Below, piece by piece: positions 24,591-36,141 of a DNA stretch of 64,000 nt (within the stretch, counting starts at the first letter, position 1; every line of letters begins with the position of its first letter). Origin of the DNA: Sminthopsis crassicaudata (Eukaryota); NCBI RefSeq assembly GCF_048593235.1, contig NC_133619.1:647444558-647508557 (forward strand), in the 5' to 3' direction. The notes under the pieces are model-generated. The model searched no databases, was not told where the DNA came from, and was given only the letters and a program-made list of their open reading frames with translations. The position numbers were made by a program, and so were the translations under genes.

Positions 24591-25619
24591 TTACAATAAC
24601 CTTTTCAGAAAAATTTGATGCTAAGATTTTTTTTCCCCGTTTGACTATTTCCTTTTCCTCTTAGATCCCTTAATGTTGTCTGTTCAGAAGTTTTTCAGTT
24701 TCAAGTATTTAAAATTATCCCTTTTCTCTTTTGTAATTGACTATTTTTTGTTTGGTAAAAATCACATCTCCTTGCCTTAGATGGGAAAGATTTAGGATCT
24801 GTTTCTTTTCTATTTTTATGATATGATCTTTAAAATTAAAGTTGTATATCCATTTTAAAGGTGCTGTGTAGCTTGCTGAATGATAGTTATCTAAGTCTTA
24901 TTTTGAGCAACTTGCTTTCCAAATTTCCCAGGGATTTTTATGAAATCAAGAGTTATTCTAGAAAATTTTTGTATTCTATCTTATCAAACACTAACTCTCC
25001 CTTCTGAATCTGTCTACTCCAAGAGTACAGAGATCATCTTAACTTATGTATTTGTCTCCCTTGCGTAACAAAGATGTTCTTCATCTCTGATTTCCATTCC
25101 AAAAAAAAAAAAAGAAAAAAAAATCCATGTTCAGACTAATCCTGAGTTGTAATCCTGCCCCTTCTTTTATCTCCTTTACTGGATCTTCTAGCCATACGTG
25201 TTCTTCATGTTTAAGTCCAGGTTCTTTCTTTTTTCCCCCTCTATTTCACTTGGTGATCTCGTCAGCTCCCATGGATATAATGCTGATATAATGCTCATAT
25301 TTTCTGAAACTGTTGACTTCCAATCTCACATATCTAACTGCCTTTTAAACATCTCAAACTAGATATCCAATATCATAACTTCGCACATGGAAAACAGAAC
25401 TCTTTCTGCCTAAATCTTTCCCACTCTTTCCATTACTATTTCCATTATTATTACTAATAGTAATATTATTAGGCAACATCATCATCCTAATCCCTCAGAC
25501 TCCCAACCTAGGAGTCATCCTCTACTCTTCATTATCTCTTATCCCCACCCCACCCCCATTCATGTTTTGCTTGATATTCATAATCAGTGGGTATTGAACA
25601 GGTATATATGTTATATATT

Positions 25620-26150
25620 TCAAGGACCTTTAAATTTTTTTATTGTTTTTTTATTAATTTTATAATTATAAAAATTTTGACAGTATATATGCATGAGTAA
25701 CTTTTTTATAACATTATCCCTTGTATTCATTTTTCCAAATTTTCCCCTTCCTCCCTCCACTCCCTCCCCTAGATGACAGGCAATCCCATACATTCTACAT
25801 GTGTTACAGTATAACCTAGATACAATATATGTGTGTAAGTCCAATTTTCTTGTTGCACATTAAGAATTGGATTCTGAAGGTATAAGTAACCTGGGTAGAT
25901 AGACAGTAGTGCTAACAATTTACATTCACTTCCCAGTGTTCCTTCTCTGGGTGTAGTTATTTCTGTCCGTCATTGATCAACTGGAAGTGAGTTGGATCTT
26001 CTTTATGTTGAAGATTTCCACTTCCATCAGAATACATCTTCATACAGTATTGTTGTTGAAGTGTACAGCGATCTTCTGGTTCTATTCATTTCACTCAGAA
26101 TCAGTTCATGCAAGTCTCTCCAAACCTCTCTGTCTTCATCCTGCTGGTCA
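25620..26150 (-). mobile_element. L1 3' end fragment, same subfamily as 8083-8478 and 10163-10546
   Basis: Near-identical 3' UTR extending into the ORF2 C-terminus. Confidence 0.9.
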
Positions 26151-27089
26151 TTCCTGATTTCCCTACTTATGACCCCAAAGTCCCATCAAACCTACGTTCA
26201 GCGGTCATTTCCCAATTCTTAGTGTTACGGCCAGGAGTGTAGGTACTGATCTTGACCACATTTTAAGTTGACTTGTGTAAGGGTTAAGTAACTGAACTCC
26301 CTCTTCCCCCCAGTTAGGCTGATGTAGTCGCGAGATATAATCCCGTATGACAAGGGGTTGGTATGTGGCTGATACCAGCGATGATCCTTTTACACAGCAG
26401 GACCGTGTTACTGGAACGAAGCTCACTCTTGTCTGGGCCGACAATCGGCCTCCCCAGAGGCTTTAGAGCGGCAGAGCCGCGGAGGACGCAGGGCCATTTG
26501 GCCGCCGGTCCCAGAAGTGCAGAAAGATGGAGATCCCTGGAACCTGCCCGTTCTGGCCGGGGAAGCTGGAACTCTGTCCTCTGCCCTCCCAGACCAGAGG
26601 CGTTCAGCGGTTTGAAGCACCGCAGTTGGGGGGAAAGTGCGAGGACATACTCCATCCGGAAAGGATTCGAGCTTCAGGGAGGACTTCCGGCAGCGGAGAA
26701 GAGAGCCCACCATGGGCTCGGAAAGAGGAGCCGCAGCCCCGGAGCACCAAGCTGTGGAGGGGGAGGACTCCGGCTTGGGGACAGTCTCCTCGCAGGCGGG
26801 GACTGGATGGTTTGGGCGGGAGGCGGGGAGACCCTGGAGGAGGCTGAGCCTGGTGCCGAGCCTGCCAAGGCCACCAGCACGCGGCGGGGATAGAAGACAC
26901 GGGCTGTGTGGGTGGGGAGCAGCCACCGGGCGGCCGAAGCCTTCCAACTTACAGATCCTGGTCCCTTCGAAGTGGCCGTGGGAGCAGGGACAGGGACCGC
27001 TAGCATGGGCGGCGGAATTCTTAGCGCTTTTACAAAGGACTGAGCTGAAGGACAGACCCCTCCCGGACGTCGCGGCTCAGCACGTGGTC

Positions 27090-27285
27090 ACCGGGTTCAG
27101 GAGGATGAGACCCATGTGCGGACTCCATTTCCCAGAACGCCTGCGCTGTGACGTCATTCACTCCCTCCTGCTTTTTCAGCTGCCGCTGCAGGGCCCCAGG
27201 GCATGCTGGGAGTCCATACTAGGCAGGCGCAGGTTCGCTCCGGACTGGACTGTTTGTTCGGCCCTTTGTTCTTGGGCCCCCCTGG
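27090..27285 (+). promoter_or_regulatory. CpG-island promoter and non-coding exon 1 of gene B
   Basis: ZNF143/SBS-like GACTCCATTTCCCAGAA at 27121-27137; CRE TGACGTCA at 27149-27156; donor ctgg|gtgagt at 27285/27286; NRF1-like motif at 27307-27318. CpG-rich from ~26400 to 27800. Confidence 0.8.
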
Positions 27286-27849
27286 GTGAGTGCGGGCGGG
27301 AGTCAGTGCGCAGGCGCGCCCCGAGGGGGCGCCCCTCCTCCGCCTTACCCCCCGGGGGCACCGGAAGACACTGGAGCCTGCTTGGGTTAGTGAGCGTGGG
27401 AATGTCCGTGCCAGCTTTTCCGTGTGTGCCCTGAGTCTGCGAGGGAGGAAGGGGGTGGGGCCGCTGCGTGTTTGCATGGGTGCATATGTGTGTGATGGGG
27501 CAGGGGCCGCACGAGGGTCTGCGTGTGGGTGCACACGGGTCCAGAAGCGTGTTCAGCTGTGTGGGACAGGAATTGGGGACTGGGTGTGTGCTCGTGCGCA
27601 GATGTATGCGGGAGGGGGAGGGAGGGGTCTGTGTGTGTGCCTGGGTTTGCAGGGGGAGGGGCGGGGGCGGTGTCTGAATGGGTGCCAATGTTTGTCCTAG
27701 AGCCCCGTTATGCTTGCAAGTGTGAGACGGGGCGGGGCCCGGAGTGTGTGTGTGTGTGTGGGGGGCGCGCATGACAGGCTGCGTGGCCGGAAGCATCTGT
27801 CCCAGAGTGGGATTGCTTAACCTGGAGGGTGTGTGACAGAGGGGAGGGG

Positions 27850-30075
27850 CTGGGGAGCACACCCACGGAACTGTGAGATTGCCGTGTGGGTCCTGAGCCT
27901 GGGTGGGGGAGGGGCCGGCGTGTGCATGTGTGTGACTGTGTGATTGCTTGTGGGTGGGTGCCTGAGCCTGGGTGGGGGAGGGGCCGGCGTGTGCACGTGT
28001 GACTGAGTGATTGCACCTCGTGGGTGTCTAAGCCTGGGTGGGGGAGGGGCCGGCGTGTGCACGTGTGACTGTGTGATTGCTTGTGGGTGGGTGCCTGAGC
28101 CTGGGTGGGGGAGGGGCCGGCGTGTGCATGTGTGTGCCTGTGTGATTGCACCTCGTGGGTGTCTGAGCCTGGGTGGGGGAGGGGCCGGCGTGTGCATGTG
28201 TGTGCCTGTGTGATTGCACCTCGTGGGTGCCTGAGCCTGGGTGGGGGAGGGGCCGGCGTGTGCATGTGTGTGACTGTGTGATTGCACCTCGTGGGTGTCT
28301 GAGCCTCGGTGGGGGAGGGGCCGGCGTGTGCATGTGTGTGACTGTGTGATTGCACCTCGTGGGTGTCTGAGCCTGGGCGGGGGAGGGGCCGGCGTGTGCA
28401 TGTGTGTGCCTGTGTGATTGCACCTCGTGGGTGCCTGAGCCTCGGTGGGGGAGGGGCCGGCGTGTGCATGTGTGTGCCTGTGTGATTGCACCTCGTGGGT
28501 GCCTGAGCCTCGGTGGGGGAGGGGCCGGCGTGTGCATGTGTGTGCCTGTGTGATTGCACCTCGTGGGTGTCTGAGCCTCGGTGGGGGAGGGGCCAGCGTG
28601 TGCATGTGTGTGACTGTGTGATTGCACCTCGTGGGTGTCTGAGCCTCGGTGGGGGAGGGGCCGGCGTGTGCGTGTGTGTGACTGTGTGATTGCTTGTGGG
28701 TGGGTGCCTGAGCCTGGGCGGGGGAGGGGCCGGCGTGTGCATGTGTGTGACTGTGTGATTGCACCTCGTGGGTGCCTGAGCCTCGGTGGGGGAGGGGCCG
28801 GCGTGTGCATGTGTGTGCCTGTGTGATTGCACCTCGTGGGTGCCTGAGCCTGGGCGGGGGAGGGGCCGGCGTGTGCATGTGTGTGCCTGTGTGATTGCAC
28901 CTCGTGGGTGCCTGAGCCTGGGTGGGGGAGGGGCCGGCGTGTGCATGTGTGTGCCTGTGTGATTGCACCTCGTGGGTGTCTGAGCCTCGGTGGGGGAGGG
29001 GCCGGCGTGTGCATGTGTGTGACTGTGTGATTGCACCTCGTGGGTGTCTGAGCCTCGGTGGGGGAGGGGCCGGCGTGTGCATGTGTGTGCCTGTGTGATT
29101 GCACCTCGTGGGTGTCTGAGCCTCGGTGGGGGAGGGGCCGGCGTGTGCACGTGTGACTGTGTGATTGCTCGTGGGTGGGTGCCTGAGCCTGGGCGGGGGA
29201 GGGGCCGGCGTGTGCATGTGTGTGACTGTGTGATTGCACCTCGTGGGTGTCTGAGCCTCGGTGGGGGAGGGGCCGGCGTGTGCATGTGTGTGACTGTGTG
29301 ATTGCACCTCGTGGGTGTCTGAGCCTCGGTGGGGGAGGGGCCGGCGTGTGCACGTGTGACTGTGTGATTGCTCGTGGGTGGGTGCCTGAGCCTGGGCGGG
29401 GGAGGGGCCGGCGTGTGCGTGTGTGTGACTGTGTGATTGCTTGTGGGTGGGTGCCTGAGCCTGGGCGGGGGAGGGGCCGGCGTGTGCATGTGTGTGACTG
29501 TGTGATTGCACCTCGTGGGTGCCTGAGCCTCGGTGGGGGAGGGGCCGGCGTGTGCATGTGTGTGCCTGTGTGATTGCACCTCGTGGGTGCCTGAGCCTCG
29601 GTGGGGGAGGGGCCGGCGTGTGCATGTGTGTGCCTGTGTGATTGCACCTCGTGGGTGCCTGAGCCTCGGTGGGGGAGGGGCCGGCGTGTGCATGTGTGTG
29701 CCTGTGTGATTGCACCTCGTGGGTGCCTGAGCCTCGGTGGGGGAGGGGCCGGCGTGTGCATGTGTGTGCCTGTGTGATTGCACCTCGTGGGTGTCTGAGC
29801 CTCGGTGGGGGAGGGGCCAGCGTGTGCATGTGTGTGACTGTGTGATTGCACCTCGTGGGTGTCTGAGCCTGGGTGGGGGAGGGGCCGGCGTGTGCATGTG
29901 TGTGCCTGTGTGATTGCACCTCGTGGGTGTCTGAGCCTCGGTGGGGGAGGGGCCGGCGTGTGCATGTGTGTGACTGTGTGATTGCACCTCGTGGGTGTCT
30001 GAGCCTCGGTGGGGGAGGGGCCGGCATGTGCACGTGTGACTGTGTGATTGCTCGTGGGTGGGTGCCCGAGCCTCT
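27850..30075 (+). repeat. Intron-1 minisatellite of gene B, ~33 units of mostly 68 bp (66-70 variants), G-rich sense strand
   Basis: tgattgcacctc at 28143, 28211, 28279, 28347, etc. Confidence 0.97.
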
Positions 30076-30539
30076 GCAGGGGCAGGATGGCAGCTTGTGT
30101 ATCCGTGTTGCACACAGGACTTCTGGGTCTGTGTCTGAGGGAGTGGGGCCCAGCCCCCAGTTTTGCTGAGGCCTCTCCCTTGGTCCCCGTGGGTCTGCGT
30201 GTGGCTTGGGGGATTCCGCAGGGCCCTCTCATTGGAGCAGCTGGGGACAGAGGGAGGGGTGATCCCTCCCCTTGGGGAGCCCCTCCCCACCCCTCTGCCC
30301 CCAGCCCAGCCTGGCGTTGTTCCTGGATGCCACAGAGCCGCAGAAGTCCTGCTGGAATCAGAGAGACCCCAGCTCTCTGGGCTGCCACGTCCCCGTGACC
30401 CTGTTTGCTTGGTTTCCCCTGCGTGTTGCTGTGGGCTGGCCCTGCGGGTATGAGCCAGAGGGGGTTCAAGATCAAGGGCCTTCCCGCTGAATGTCTGAAA
30501 GAAGAATTCAGAAGGACAAGTGCATCCGCAGATGCGTGA

Positions 30540-31045
30540 GCACTGTCAGATTGCGGGCTCCAAACGTGTGTGCCAGGACTGTCACATTGCCAGATCCCAA
30601 ATATAACACACACGTGCCAGCAGACATGTATTGTGCAGGCGCCAGACATGTAGCATGTCAGCAGACACGCACTGCAAGGCAGGAGGTAAACATGTAACAG
30701 ATGCCAGCAGATATGTCCTGCACTGTCAGGAGAAGGCTCCAAGCACGTGACACATGCCAACAGACATGCAGCACACTTTCAGGATACATGCTCCAAACAT
30801 GTAACATGCCAGCATGCATGTATTGCACTCTCGGGATACAGACTCCAAACATATAACACATGCCAACAGACATGTGTGTGCACTCATAGGAGACAAGCTC
30901 CATGTGCCAGCAGATACGTGTGCACAGTCAGGATGCCAGCTCCAAGCATGTCACACTTATGCCAGCAGACATACACGTGCAACCTCAGGATACGGGCGCC
31001 AAACATGTCACACATGAGCAAGCATGTGTATGCACACCTTGAGAA
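30540..31045. repeat. Degenerate ~50-55-bp tandem repeat (tgcac..tcagga...ctccaaacatgt.acacatgccagcagacatg)
   Basis: About 9-10 diverged units visible; absent from the paralog A position. Confidence 0.7.
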
Positions 31046-31364
31046 AGACAGGACAGTTTAGACCCACTTTTCCATAGGACATTCTTAGGACTTAAAGATG
31101 CCTTTGTCTTGGGACACTCTTGGGGAGAAGCTTCCCCCTGGCGGGGGGGCCCTTAGCAGGTGGGGGGGCCTTTGGCCTGGTCAGATGAAAGGCTAGTGGA
31201 GGAGGAGGGCCTAGAATCCCCTGGTGCAGTATGGGAGCAGGAGAGGGGCTTCAGCAGGACATCATCAAGACTCCTCTTAGGGACCCCGGCCCAAAGGCTT
31301 TTATATTTGCAGAAAAATGCAGGAACTTTGTACAAAAAGGGAATGACTTGGACCTCAGTCAGTC

Positions 31365-31640
31365 AGGGAGCATTTATTAAGTGCTTACTGTGTGCCAGTC
31401 CCTGTACTAAGTACGCCAGCAAAATAGGAATAGCCTCTACTCTTTTTTTCTTTTGTCATTTTCTTGGCAAAGATCTTGGAGTAGTTGACCATTTCCTTCC
31501 GGCTCATTTTACAGATGAGTAAACTGAGGCAAATAGGGTGAAGGGACTTGTGCAAAATCACTCAGGGTCTGAGGTCACACTTGAACTCAGAAAGATGAGT
31601 CTATTTGACTCCAGGCCTGGCTCTCGATGCACCCAGCTAC
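31365..31640 (+). mobile_element. MIR/L2-type SINE fragments
   Basis: catttattaagtgcttactgtgtgccag; cattttacagatgagtaaactgaggc...cttgaactcag. Confidence 0.65.
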
Positions 31641-34189
31641 CCCCTCGGTCCTCCAGGGACCTCCCTTCTAAAGAATGGTGCAAACACTTAAAAGGCAGCT
31701 GCAAAGGGAAAGATGGGTTAGGGCACAGAGAAAGCAAAAGAAAAAAGGACATAAATTTAGGCTGAGTTGGAAAGGTCTGGTACAAAAGTCTTTAGCATAC
31801 TTTCTTATACCAGTCCAAAGAAAACTGGATCTGCTTGATGAATCGACACTTGCTAATCCTTTCATGCCTTAGACTGAATAACAGGACACTAAGTGACTCC
31901 TGAGTTTTCTAAAAGTGATTGGGGGCAGGGAGCTCTGAAGCCATCATTCAATACATTGATAGAAGAACAGTCACTTTATCATTAAATGGCGTTGGCTGTG
32001 TTCTCTCAAAAACTCACTTTTCACAGCCATTATCCCCTTACTTTACGAAAGCCTTAGTGCTAAATGTGGGGAATATGAGTGTAACAGATGGGATTATGTT
32101 TCCCAGAATTAAAAGAGGAAAAAGGATGGGAGATAATGGCATGAAGATAACTAGAGAGCAGCCTTGGGAAATAAGGGTGGGCTGGTTGAGGAGAATTCTC
32201 CCCAATCGGGAGAGCAGGGCTTCTGGGTGGGAGCTAGAGAGCTAAATAAAAGGGGAAGCAGAGCAGGAAGATGGAAGAAAGGAGGAAACAGGCTATGAAG
32301 GTGGAAAAAAGGGGGAAGCAGGGCATGAAGAGGGCATCAAGGGCTAAGGCTGGTCACTGAGAGTACAGGGAAGCCATCCAACCTCTTGTTGCCTGCCCAG
32401 GCCTACCCGAGACCTGCAAGCACAGGATTTCTAGGAGGCAATTATCCCAACTAAAAGACCTCCTGCTACTTCCAGCCACTAGGAGGAGGAGTTCAAAGCA
32501 GATCTTACTTAGGTAGTTGGGGCCCCTGGGAAGTAGAAGAGTCTATGGGAGCCTCAGTAGGCCAAGCCCTTTCTGGGAGGGTCCAAGAGACCATATCTGC
32601 CTGTGGCTTAAAGTCTCAGGATCATTCTTTTTGCCCCACTCACACTCAGGCTCAGGAACTCAGACCCCTGCCTTTCTCTGCCCCTATTCCTGGTCCCTGT
32701 CAGTCACAATGCCATGGCTATGGGAATGCCTTGGTCGGCTCCTAGTGGACTGATTTCCTCCACAAGGCTAGAATTCCACACTGTCATCCCCATTGTGCTA
32801 GTGATTCCTTGGAGCTCTTCCCTCACTTGTCCATCACCTCCTACTCCCCATCCTGCTCTGGGACTCAACCATTCTTCCCTCTAAATAGGAAGACTTCCAC
32901 CAATAAAACTTTGGTAGGAAACTAACCCAAAGGAGTGGGCTTTACATTTTGAGGTCTTGGCAGCAAATGACCTTTGTAATTATAAATCCATTTCTGATGA
33001 GACTGTGTTTGCCCTAAACTAAAGTATAATGTGGTCTCATTTAAATTCACTAGTATTCTCATTTTAGGATAATTGTGATGGCTCATATTTTCATGTAAAA
33101 GACCCTTAAATTTGACATTAAGGCAATATGTTTAGAAATAATAAAGATAAGAGTTAAAAGCATCATTGGATCAAAATGAGTATACTGATATCTAAATACA
33201 ATCAGTCTAGAGTATCAAATTAATAAATGGATAAAGTGATTTTCTATGTGATTCAGAAATGCATTCAAGTGAATGAGTTATTTGATTCAAAAAAGTTTTG
33301 TTTCGGCTCTTTTGTCAAACCATTAAGATTTGTTTTAAATCTGGAAACATTATTATTATTATGCTTTTGATTTTTCTTTTATTGTAATTGTGGGAAACCA
33401 CTGTATAAAAAATGCTGTTAATATGAAAAATAATTCTTAGAAGTTGAGCCAATTGTATCATTAAGGAATTAACTCTTTTTTTTGACCTAAATGTTTTGAA
33501 ATGACGAAATAGGCTATTAGAGAATGTGGTAACAATGTTTAAAAAAACATATATGTGCAATTAGGTATATTTTGATGTAAAAAGAATAAGAATAACTTTT
33601 TGTGTGGAAAAAGTACAAAAGACCTTGTAAATTCTATTTATGTGGGAAGTTCTTTGGAGACTTCCAGGTTCCTTGAAGCCTTCTCTTTGAGCAAAATCTT
33701 GTTTGCCTGGGGGAAAAGTTGTTGGAAAAAAAGTAATGAAATTATTTATGAAAATTATAAAAGTATCACACATTGTATTTACACATCTCAACAGACCCCA
33801 TTCTTGCTTTAAGATTCATTTTTTAAATAGTTAATCTGTCAGATTTTGGAATGCAAAAAATAAGAAAATGGTTCCAACTTAGGCACTCACTCATGGCATT
33901 TAACAAGCTTTTTAAAAGCATTGATTATGTGTCAGACACTGTGCTGAATTCTGGGGATCCTAAGTAAGGTGAAACAACTCTTGCCCCCACAAAGTTTACT
34001 TTTCAATGGGTTTAGTCAAGTCAAGAAGTCAGCAAGCCTCTATTAAGCATCTGATATGGACAAGGCAACTCATAGGCTCTTAAGATTCCAGGAATAGAAA
34101 CGGAAAACAGGAGACAATTTATAAATAACTACAAACATGTATATACACACACATATACATACATACATACCTATTTCCATCTTTATAAA

Positions 34190-34385
34190 ATAGGAGGCAC
34201 AGTGGTTAGAGTTCTAGGCCTAGAGGCCAAATATGGCCTCAGACCCTTCCTGGTGTATTGGGCTCCTTTTGCTCTACTGTAAAATGAAGATAGTAGGACC
34301 TATGTGATGGAATTATCCTTAGGATCAGATGAGAATATTTGTAAAATACTTATACTTGGCACAGAGTAGACACTAAATATTTGTT
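34190..34385 (+). mobile_element. MIR-type SINE
   Basis: ggcacagtggttagagttctagg...tgtaaaatgaagatag...gtaaaatactt. Confidence 0.6.
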
Positions 34386-35264
34386 TTCTCTTACATGAAA
34401 TATATGTGTATGTGTGTACATACATACATACATATGTATGTACGGTAAATTGCAGGAAATCAAACAGAAAAGGTGGACCAAGAAAGACTTCTTGTTGTAG
34501 ATGGAATTTTAGCCAATACTTGAAGAACTCTCTCTGCCTTCTTCTTTGGGAGCTAAAATCTGCTTTTTTCCTTTGGAGCAGACATCTTTTTGCTTTCTTT
34601 CAGAGCCAAGATCTCTCAGCCTTTTGGAAGCTAGCTCTGAAGGTATAAGTCCCAGGTAGGTCTGAGCAAGAACTTGCCCTGCCCACAGCTTCTGATGGCT
34701 GCTTTTCCATTGGGCCTCAACTTTCCCATTTGACCTCTTGGTGAGGGTCTTTCAGTTCTGCCAGGAGCAGGCCTCCTGATCAGACTTGGTTCCTGGGACG
34801 ACTTTCTCCCTCTATTTGTTAAGGTTCTCCATGACATCCCAATGTCCCAGTGCCATTGGGTCACAGTTGTCCGGCCTTCTTGTCGGATGCCCATCCGGAG
34901 CATCAGATGTAGGGAAAACTCTGGGTCTGGGGTCATTGAGGCTTTGACTGGTTTCAGCCCATCTGGGATCCCAAGCCTCTTCTGCCCTTTGGCTCTCTCT
35001 ATAAAAATGGGGAAGGGAATAAGTGAGATTGAAACATAGTCTTCATTTTCAAACCTTCTTTTCCTAGCCTGACAACACCTGCTGACCTCCTCTATTTTTT
35101 GGCGTCTGTTCCTTGAGGACAAGACCAGGAGCTTGGTAACTCCTTTTGGACCTCACAGTCTATAAATCGCTGTGGGCCAATTTCTGCCTAGGAGGAGAAG
35201 AGGAAAACTTCTACCCCAGCTTCTTCTTTCCCAACTCAACCTTCAAGGCCTGGAATCAGAAGGA

Positions 35265-35297
35265 ATGGCTCCTGGGACCCAGAGACCCCCACCCCAG
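35265..35297 (+). CDS. Start-codon exon of KZFP gene B (MAPGTQRPPPQ); exon probably 35159-35297
   Basis: ATG...cag|gtaagt, 33 nt, phase 0; acceptor cctcacag| at 35158. Confidence 0.85.
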
Positions 35298-35865
35298 GTA
35301 AGTGTAGACCATCCACAGACCTGACTAGTATCAGTCAACTTGGCTACTCAGTTTGACCCAGATTGTGATTATTATTTTTTAAGGATCCTCTGCATGATTC
35401 TCTAGATAAGACAATTTCAGCCTTTTAGGAAATCAGTGAGGTAATTCCTTTTTCTGTTCTTTCCTCAGTGATCACTGGCAATCCTCCTCAGAATACACAG
35501 CACACTTGCCAGCTTCGCACAAACTTCCCAGAATTTTCTTAACATTTCACTTAAGATCCTTTGGGTGATCTTTTCTCACCTCCACGCTCTCATACCTCAC
35601 TGGTAGAGCACAGACCTTCTCCCTGATTCCACAGGGATGAGCATTTCATATTGAGACATTGCTCCACTTTTATTATTCCAACACAATACAAACTTCAAAC
35701 ATAGACCGCTTTTCTCAACATGTTTTTGGCCTTGAAATAATGGTTTCAAGTCTTGGCTCTGGTAGTCTGAAAGGCTATAGGAGTTGGGGCAGATCCCAAC
35801 TCTGGTTCAGTTTCCAGATGAATTCTGGATTCTCAGCTCTAAATCAAATGACTTTGACTCTTTAG

Positions 35866-36012
<147 letters not shown>

Positions 36013-36141
36013 TAACGTAATCTGCCAGCAAAGCAATGCCCTCCCTTTCCCTCCAGTTGGGCATTTATCAGTTATTCAAAGCAAAAGTGTTTGTCTCTCC
36101 ACAAGGTCTTCCAGCTTCCTGGCTTTCTGATGAAAGGTCTT

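Noticed and set aside
27708-30760. Three very long minus-strand ORFs (738-910 aa)
   Set aside because: They are translations of the 68-bp VNTR, whose T-poor strand lacks stops in all frames. The peptide is repetitive H/T/P/A and antisense to gene B.
30580-31030. p53 half-site cluster (RCATGY)
   Set aside because: CATG cores are not at the canonical 10-bp spacing and are explained by the tandem repeat
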